From NCBI RefSeq assembly GCF_009914755.1, contig NC_060947.1: DNA of 64,000 nucleotides; one strand, written 5' to 3'. The position numbers and the translations under genes were made by a program. Shown here piece by piece: positions 47,951-64,000 of the stretch (position 1 is the first letter of the stretch; each line of letters opens with the position of its first letter). Under the pieces are notes generated by a model. It worked only from the letters and a program-made list of their open reading frames with translations. It had not been told where the DNA came from and ran no database searches. This stretch comes from the human T2T-CHM13v2.0 reference genome, Homo sapiens.

Positions 47951-50900
47951 GTCTAACTAATCTCTTAAGACAGTTAATGGTGCAAAAAATACAAGAGAAA
48001 CTGGTGCAAAAAAAAATATGAGAGAGACTCGCAGGATCCAGTGGAAGAATATACTAGGCAAGTTCATTGAAGTTGCAAGGAAGAGGAAAAATAGGTTAAC
48101 TTTACTTTTGGAGATTTATTATAAAAATATGCAAGAATGATAATGTGTTAAAGGTCACTCTATCAACCATCTAGTCAGAGATGCACAGCACAATTTATGA
48201 AAACTGGAAAATTTTCTTAGTGTTTCTTTTTCTGGAAGCCAGAGCTTAAATAACCTATTTTCTCTTTGTAACTCTAACACAATTGCCTAAATGAAGAATG
48301 CAACTGAGTTGATTGATTGCTATCCTATATGGAATAACTCATATACAGCTAGCCTTCTTCAAAACAAGGCCATATACTGTTGCCTTCAAACAAGCACTGG
48401 GGGTTCTAGTATATTCCTAAGTTTAGGGAAGTGGGAATCATTTCAGCTTGAGCTAGTGTCAATACTATGTCACTGTAGTCAATGCATGAGAGAGGACACT
48501 AAAACATAAATCATTAGCAAGTGAAGTTATATAAAAATAGTATTAAATGTCCTCTACAGTATTTTCATTCAGATGAACATATTTTAATTTGCCTCTGTTT
48601 TCCACTTTATTTCCAAGAATTTTGAAACTGGTTATTTAACAGATATATTAATAAAAAGTTTTGTATAAAAACTTTGCTTATTTTAAACATTGAACAACTT
48701 CAGTAGGTCTCCTTTCCATTGAACTTGTCAGAACTTTTAATATGTACTGTAAATTTTCAAAAGAAAAGGGATTCCTTCACTTTATTTGTCATCTTTTCTT
48801 TTATTTCTTTCTATGAAACAATTTGTTCTCAGTGTACACATTAGCATGCATTTGTTCTTAAAGTACAATTTTGGAAAGCACAGTAATTTAAGGTGTAATA
48901 TTTCCTTTTGTCAGTTTTAATGTAATAGTCAAACTCTCCTCAATTCCTGATTTGCTAGTGTATTACAAAACCGAACTACATAATTGTGAAGAAACATAGA
49001 CATGGGAATATAGACAATATCACAGTGGATTGCTTCACTCATCTAATTTATCCTGCATAATATAGTGTTTTTTGTTTAATTTTACCCAAGAATACCTCTG
49101 GCATTTCTTATTCTGCATGTAGTTGTCATATAGTATTTCCAGATTATTTCTCAGGAAGATTTTGAAGCTCTAAAGGAGGAAGAAGCCATGAGAGTCTTGT
49201 ATCAGGATCTAAGTTTGTAGTTTGGCAATTGCTGGGATCCTACTTTGCATTCTTTGGCTATATTTTTTGGCAAAGAGCTGATTCAGGTAACTTTCTTCAG
49301 AAGGATTTATGATATTTGGCAAGTATTTTGAGGTTTCATAGTTATTACTTGAAACCCATGCAGTTCAAAGAAATAATGTATTTAAGGAAAGATTAATGAT
49401 TTTTGGTTTATTTTCTTTAGCTCTAAAGAAATTAGGAAGAAAAGAGATAACTGATGGAGCAAAATTCCAGATTAGTGAAGACAGAGTGAAATAATACAGT
49501 GGTTCTGCTGTCCTTGAGTTCTAAATAAAGTTCCTGAGAGTTCCTGGAAATGACCAAATTACTATACAATCTAGCATCCATTTAGATAGATGACCATCTG
49601 TTTAGAAATATAGAAGGTTGGCGGAGGGGCCAAGATGGCCACTTAGAAGCAGCTGGGTTCGAGGCTTTCACAAAACGACAAGTGAATTCTGCACCTTCAA
49701 CTGAGGTATCCAGGTTCTCACATTGGGACTGACTAGGCAGAGGGCTCAACACACCAAGAGCAAGGAAAACTAGGCTGGGGTTATGGCCCACCTGGGAGTG
49801 GCACAGAGACAGGGTAGCCCCCACCCCAGCCAAGGGAGTCAGTGAGGGATTCTGCGGCCCTGCCCAGGAAAACATGTTTTTCCTACATATCTTTGCAATC
49901 CGCGATCAGGAGATTCCCATGTGAGCCCATGTCACCATCCTTGGGTCTGAAGCACAGAGCTGTGTGGTGTCTCAGTGGGGCAGCCACTCACTTGGTTGCT
50001 TGGGAAACCCAGGAGTTTTGCATACTCTGGCCCAGGAATTCCAGCAAGGTGGGAGATCCTGTGCATTCCCCCTAGAAGGGGGCTGCATCCAGGGAGCTAA
50101 GTGGCATCATTCTGTGGGCCACACTCCCACAGCACCTCACAAGTTAAGACACACTGAGTTGGAATGCCAGCCAGCCAGTGGCAGCAAGCTGGAGATGGCA
50201 TGAGACATGAGACAGACCAAGTTCTCAGGGGGAGGAGCAGCTACCACATCTGCCATTCCTCAGGCCCTCTAGTCTGCCAACACCAGGGACTTGGAGTAAT
50301 TTCCCACAACACAGCACAGCTATTGTTCCTGATCATGGCCAGTCTGTTTCTTTAAGTGGGACCCTGATCCATCCCTCCTCACTGGGTGGGACCTCCCTGC
50401 GGAAATTTCAGCAACTACAGTCATGGTTATACAGGCAGAACTCTAATCTCTCCCTGGGATGGAGTCCCTAGGGAGAGGGGCAGCTGCTGACCCTGTGGTT
50501 CAGCCAACTTCGTCTTTCCAGGTCCCTGAACCTGTTCCTACTGATTGGGTAAGACCACCCAACAGGGCTCTCCAGACACCTCCTACAGGAGTGTCCTAGC
50601 TGGCATTAGTTCCTGAGATGGAGCTCCCAGAGAAAAGAACAGGCTGTCATCTTTTCTATTTCACAGCCTTCACTGGTGCTACCTCCAGGTGAGAGAGGGA
50701 CTGAGAGGACTAGGGTCTGAAATGTACCCCCAGCAAACAGCAGCGGCTCTACGAAAAAGTAACCTGATTGCTAAAGGAGAAACAAAGAAAGAAAGAAACA
50801 AAACAGAAAGCAACAACATCAACAAAAAAAGACCCCACAAAAACCCTAATCAAAGGGCAGTAACCTCAAAAATTAAAGGTAGATAAGGCCACAAAGATGA

Positions 50901-52023
50901 GAAACAATCAAGGCAAAAATACTGAAAACTCAAAAAGCCAGTGTGCCTCTACTCCTCCAACTGACTGCATCACCTCAAGCAAGGGTACAGAGCTGGGCAG
51001 AGGCTGACATGGATGAATTGAATAGGCTTCAGAAAGTGGGCAATAATAAACTTCACTGAGTTTAAGGAGCATGTTGTAAGCCAATACAAAGAAGGTAAGA
51101 ATTACGATTAATAAAAGGGGGCTGATAACTATTACAGTCAATTTAGAGAGAAGCATAACTGACCTGATGAAGCTGAAAAACACAACACAAGAACTTCACA
51201 ATGCAATCACAAGTATCAACAGAAGAACAGACTAAGGGGAAGAATTAATATCAGAGCTTAAAGACTATCTTTCTGAAATAAGACAGGCAGACAACAATAG
51301 AGAAAAAAGAACAAAAAGCAGTGAACAAAATCTCCAAGAAATATGGGACTATGTAAAAAGACTGAATCTATGACTCATTGGGGTACCTGAAAGAGATGGG
51401 GAGAAAGCTACCAAGTTGGAAAACATACTTTAGGATATCATCCAGGAGAACTTCCCAAACCTAGTGAGACAGGCCAACATTCATATTCAGGAAATCCAGA
51501 GAACCCCATTAAGCTACTCCAGGAGAGGATCAACCCCAAGACACATAATCATCAGATTCTTCAATGTCAAAGTGAAAAAAAAATGTTAAGTTCAGCCAGA
51601 AAGAAAGACCAAGTTACCTACAAAGGGAAGCCCATCAGGCTAAAAGTGAACCTTTTCAATGGAAACATAAGAAGCCAGAAGAAATTGGGGGCCAATATTC
51701 AACATTCTTAAAGAAAAGAATTTCTGGCTTCCATTCCAAGATGACCGAATGGGAACAGCTCTGGTTTGCAGCTCCAAGCGTGATTGACGCAGATGATGGG
51801 TGATTTCTGCATTTCCAACTGAGGTAGCTGGTTCATCTCATTGGGACTGGTTGGACAGGGGGTGCAGCACATGAAGGATGAGCCAAAGCAGGGTGGGTCA
51901 TCGCCTCACCTGGGAAGCACAAGGGGCCAGGGGATTTGCCTTTCCTAGCTAAAGGAAGCCGTGACAGACTGCACCTGGAAAAATGGGACACTCCTGCCCA
52001 AATACTGCGCTTTTTCCACAGTC

Positions 52024-52155
52024 TTAGCAACCAGTAGACCAGGAGATTCTCTCCTGTGTGGGTCCCATGCCCACAGAGCCTTTCACACTGCTAGTGCAGC
52101 ACTCTGAGATCAACTTGTGGGGCAGCAGCCTGGAGGGGGGAAGGGCGTCCACCAT
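52024..52155 (-). pseudogene. ORF0: Frameshifted L1 ORF0 homolog
   Basis: MVDALPPSRLLPHKLISECCTSSVKGSVGMGPT, then out of frame. Confidence 0.65.
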
Positions 52156-52755
52156 TGCTGAGTCTTTAGTAGGTAAACAAAGTGGCCAGGAAGCTCGAAC
52201 TGGGCAGAGCCCAACGCAACTAAACAAGGCCTACTGTCTCTATAGACTCCACTTCTGTGAGCAGGGCATAGCTGAACAAGAAGCAGCAGAAACTTCTGCA
52301 GACTTAAAAGTCCCTGTCTGACAGCTCTGAAGAGAGCAGTGGTTCTCCCAGCATGGTGTTTGAGCACTGAGAATGGACAGACTGCCTCCTCAAGTGAGTC
52401 CCTGACCCCCATGTAGCCTAACTGGGAGACACCTCCCAGTATGGACCAACAGACACCTCATACAGGCAGGTGCCCCTCTGGGAATGAAGCTTCCAGAGGA
52501 AGGATCAGGGAGCAATGTTTGCTGTTCTGCAATATTTGCTGTTCTGTAGCCTCAGCTGGTGATACCCAGGCAAACAGGGTCTGGAGTGGACCTCCGGCGA
52601 ACTCCAACAGATGTGCTGCTGAGGGACCTGACTGTTAGAAGGAAAACTAACAAACAGAAAGGAATAGCATCAACATCAACAAAAAGGACATCCACACCAA
52701 AACCCCATCTGTAGGTCACCAACATCAAAGACCAAAGTTAGATAAAACCACAAAG

Positions 52756-53447
52756 ATGGGGAGAAACCAGAGAAAGGGTATCAGTGATTGAAGATGAAAT
52801 TAATGAAATAAAGCGAGACAAGAAGTTTAGAGAAAAAAGAGTAAAAAGAAACAAACAAAGCCTCCAAGAAATACGGGACTATGTGAAAAGACCAAATCTA
52901 CATTTGATTTGTGTACCTGAAAGTGACAGGGAGAATGCAACCAGGTTGGAAAACACTCTACAGGATATTATCCCAAAAAATGTCCCCAACCTAGCAAGAC
53001 AGGCCAACATTTAAAATCAGGATATACAGAGAACACCACTAAGATACTCCTCAAGTAGCACAACCCCAAGTCACATAATCATCAGAGTGACCAAGGCTGA
53101 AATGAAGAAAAAAATGTTAAGGGTAGCCAGAGAATAAGGTCAGGTTACCTACAAAGGGAAAACCATCAGACTAACAGCAGATATCTCACAGAAAACCTAC
53201 AAGCCAGAGGAGAGTGGGGGTGGGGCAAATATTCAACATTGTTAAAGAAAAGAATTTTCAACCCAGAATTTCATATCCAGCCAAACTAAGCTTCATAAGA
53301 GAAGGAGAAACAAAATCCTTTATAGACAAGCAAATGCTGAGGGATTTTGTCACCACCAGGCCTGTCTTACAAGAGCTCCTGAAGGAAGCACTGAACATGG
53401 AAAGGAATAACTGGTACCAGCCACTGCAAAAACATGCCAAGTTGTAA
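52756..53447 (+). pseudogene. ORF1: Inner L1 ORF1 remnant with N-terminal deletion
   Basis: ATG at 52756; SLQEIRDYVKRPNL and FQPRISYPAKLSF...WYQPLQKHAKL fragments. Confidence 0.88.
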
Positions 53448-53510
53448 AGATCATCAATGCTATGAAGAAACTGCATCAATTAATGGGCAAAATAACCAGC
53501 TAACATCATA

Positions 53511-57318
<3,808 letters not shown>

Positions 57319-57783
57319 ACAATGAGAACACTTGGACACAGGGCGGGGAACATCACACACCGGGGCCTGTCATGGTGTGGGAGGCTGGGGGAGGGATAGC
57401 ATTAGGAGAAATACCTAATGTAAATGACAAGTTGATGGGTGCAGCAAACCAACATGGCACACGTATACCTATGTAATAAAACCTCATATGTACCCTAAAA
57501 CTTAAAGTATAATAAAAAAAAAGAAAAGAAATTTCAACCTAGAATTTCATATGCTGCCAAACTAAGCTTTATAAGCGAAGGAGAAATAAGATTCTTTTCA
57601 GACAAGCAAACGCTGAGGGAATTTATCACCACCAGGCCTGCCTTGCAAGAGCTCCTGAAGGAAGCACTAAATATGGAAAGGAAAGACTGTTACCAGCCAC
57701 TACAAAACCACACTGAAGTAAACAGACCAGTGACACTATGAAGCACACACATCAACAAGTCTGCAAAATAACCAGCGAACATC

Positions 57784-61577
<3,794 letters not shown>

Positions 61578-62155
61578 CAATAAGAACATATGGACACATG
61601 GCAGGGAACAGCACACACTGGAGCCTGTTCACTGGGGCTGGGGAAGGAAGACCATCAGGAAGAATAGCTAATGGATGCTGGGCTTAATGCCTGAGTGATA
61701 GGTTGATCTGTGCAGCAAACCACCATGGCACACCATTACTTATATAACAAACCTGCACATCCTGCACGTGTACCCCAGAATTTCAAAAAGTTGAAGAAAA
61801 AAACCAAACTAAAAACCAAACAAAAAAAGAAATATAAATGGCCATCAAAATTTCTTATAAATAACATTTTTTTCAGTTAGCTTTATATATAATTTGAATT
61901 TGCATTTTAACTCTTGTTCATTAACTCTAGCTTCTAATAAATTTTTAAAGCCAAATTTCTGAGTAATTGATTTATTTAAAAAAATCAGGACGGTTTTCAT
62001 GAGTTAGACAAAGCTTATTTTTTTATTTGAGGGAAGGCAGAAAATTATCACACTAGTAAACTGTTTTGTACTTGTACCTAATACAGTTCTAAAGTCTTTA
62101 CATTTATTAATTCATTTACTACTGACAACAAACTATAATTAGGCACCATCATTAC

Positions 62156-62880
62156 TGTGGCAGTTTTAAAATATGTCCACAAATTCTTTGATATTTTTTT
62201 CTATAAGAGATGGAATTCAATTCTTCTCCCCTGGTGCGTAATCTAGATTTAGTGATTCACTAATAATGAATAAAGTAAGACAGAAATGACACATCTGAGG
62301 TTAGGTTAAAAAAAAAAATTTGACTTCTCCTTTGTTATTTCTCTCTTTGAACATTCATTCTGAGATAAGTTAACTGTCATGGCATGAAGACAGTCAAGTT
62401 TCCCTTAGGAGAAGCCCAGGTGATAAAGTACTGAGGACTCTTGCCAATTACTATGTGATTGTGTATGAAAACGGATCCTGCAGGCCCAGTCAAGCCTGCA
62501 GACGACTGTAGCCTCAACCTTTATCTTGACTTCTATCTCAAGAGTAAAGTGAACAGCTTGCCTCAATTTGCTCAGGACTTTCTTGTGTTTTAGCACTGAA
62601 ACTCCTGCATTCCAGGCATCCAGTGTGCATGACCAACTTTTTCCAGTTTAGCAAGGAATATCCCAATTTTAAAATTGAAAGCCCACATTGCTGTAACTCC
62701 TTCAGTCCCAGGAACACCAGGAGAGTTGGTCAGCTTTTCATGAGGAATCTTGAGCCAAAATCACACAGCTAAGCTGCTCCCAAATTCCTAACCCATAAAA
62801 TGTGTGATATGATAAATGCTGATTGTTTTATACTACTATGCTTTGGGGTAACTTTTACATAGCAACAAATAACCAATCCT
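62156..62880 (+). mobile_element. MLT1F-type MaLR solo LTR
   Basis: TGTGGCAGTTTTAAAATATGTCCACAAATTCTTTGA start; CAGCTAAGCTGCTCCCAAATTCCT and TTTGGGGTAACTTTTACATAGCAAC end. Confidence 0.8.
62545..62735 (+). mobile_element. Two tandem MER81-like (hAT-Blackjack) copies within MLT1F
   Basis: TTTGCTCAGGACT...TTTTAGCACTGAAACTCC (copy 1); TGACCAAC...TCAGTCCCAGG...GTTGGTCA (copy 2, inverted termini). Confidence 0.65.
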
Positions 62881-63812
62881 GTGTCCATTTTACTGTTGAG
62901 GATCAGAGGTACACATTACATATTCAGAAAAATTCCCAATTATACAGTTGCTTAGCTTCAATATTTAGTATAAACATGCATGACACTTTATGTGAGTGTG
63001 GATGAGCTACTAGGAAATCATGTCTGTTAAAGTGATACGAAATTTTAAAAATATAAACCACTGATAATTCAGTCCTCAGTAAAGGCCTGGGATTTCAAAG
63101 AGAACAAACAAACAGTACTGGTTTGTTAAACATCAAAACCTTCTGATATCATCAGCCTTTACTACTCAGGAAGTTTATTAATTAGCACAACTTTGAATAA
63201 AATAAGATAGTTTGCTCTCTCCAAGTCATCAATATTTTGAATAACTTACTCCACTCAACAGCTTGTGTCTTCCTTAAGACTACTCATGCAACAAAACGAG
63301 TTACCTATATTTGTGTTTAATGCAATTAAGCTTTCATAATAAGCCTTATTTTCCTGTATTTGGAATAAACAATTACACATACTCAAAGTAGATGCAGATT
63401 TTAGCAGATATTATGTCTTAAAGTAGCCCAATAATGAAGGTTTTACTTGCAACAATAGCATTTATTGCATTGCTTCTATTATTTTATGTTATATATAGGG
63501 CTATAGCCAGAGGCCTTCTAGCACTCAAAGAAATGAGAAAAGCAGCTGCCTTTTAAAATTATGTAGCTGGAAAACTGAAAGTTGAGCATTTCATATTCTC
63601 TCTGTGTGAAAGTTAGATCTGCATTTAAAATTCATTTGTTTTGAATAAGTGATAGAAAAATCTAGTTCACACTTGAATCAATTAGAAAATACAAAAATTA
63701 ATGAAGTTTATTTAGTTTAAATATATATTTTCAGGTAAATGTAATAGCTTTAAGGCTAGATTAAATTGAGCTTGGATGTAAAGTTAATGGCTTCGGGCTT
63801 TGAGTTGAAGTC

Positions 63813-63934
63813 CAGCAATTCCTCAGTCTTGCCTGTACTTCAGAATGACCTAGGAGCTTCAAAAATAAATAATCCAGTACTCTAACCCAGACTCATAATT
63901 CTGAATAGCCGAGGTGGCGATTTTTTTGCTTTTA
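63813..63934. mobile_element. MER5-like hAT-Charlie fragment
   Basis: CAGCAATTCCTCAGTCTTG...CAGAATGACCTAGGAGCTT...ACCCAGAC. Confidence 0.45.
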
Positions 63935-64000
63935 GATTTTTATAGTAACATGATTTAGATTTGATTTTGATTTAGATTTACAGTAACATGATGGAAGTGG

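Larger units (their letters stand above)
62045..62915 (-). mobile_element. MIR remnant split by MLT1F (62045-62155 and ~62881-62915)
   Basis: TTATTAATTCATTTA...ACAACAAACTAT...AGGCACCATCATTA and CCATTTTACTGTTGAGGATCAGAGG either side of the LTR. Confidence 0.45.

Overview
Primate (human-like), AT-rich, gene-poor DNA made almost entirely of transposable-element relics: by rough tally over half LINE-1, with only four Alus plus MaLR/ERVL LTRs, DNA transposons, MIR and L2. I find no intact cellular gene, RNA gene or CRISPR array. The recognisable ORFs are broken L1 ORF1/ORF2/ORF0 or Alu frames; the rest look like chance frames. Main blocks: (1) a full-length dead L1PA5/6-like element (312-6449, -); (2) a near full-length L1MA3-like element (~15292-25215, -) carrying nested insertions; (3) a full-length L1PA10-like element (49618-61827, +) with a near full-length L1PA6-like element inside its ORF1. 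The most interesting structure is at 17293-17941: a young L1PA2/3-type, 5'-inverted (twin-primed) insertion with a perfect 13-bp TSD, whose sense part appears to be only 3'-transduced DNA. It sits in an older twin-primed L1MA that may also carry a transduction. Subfamily names come from remembered consensus motifs, not a database search. I cannot support a novel gene system here.
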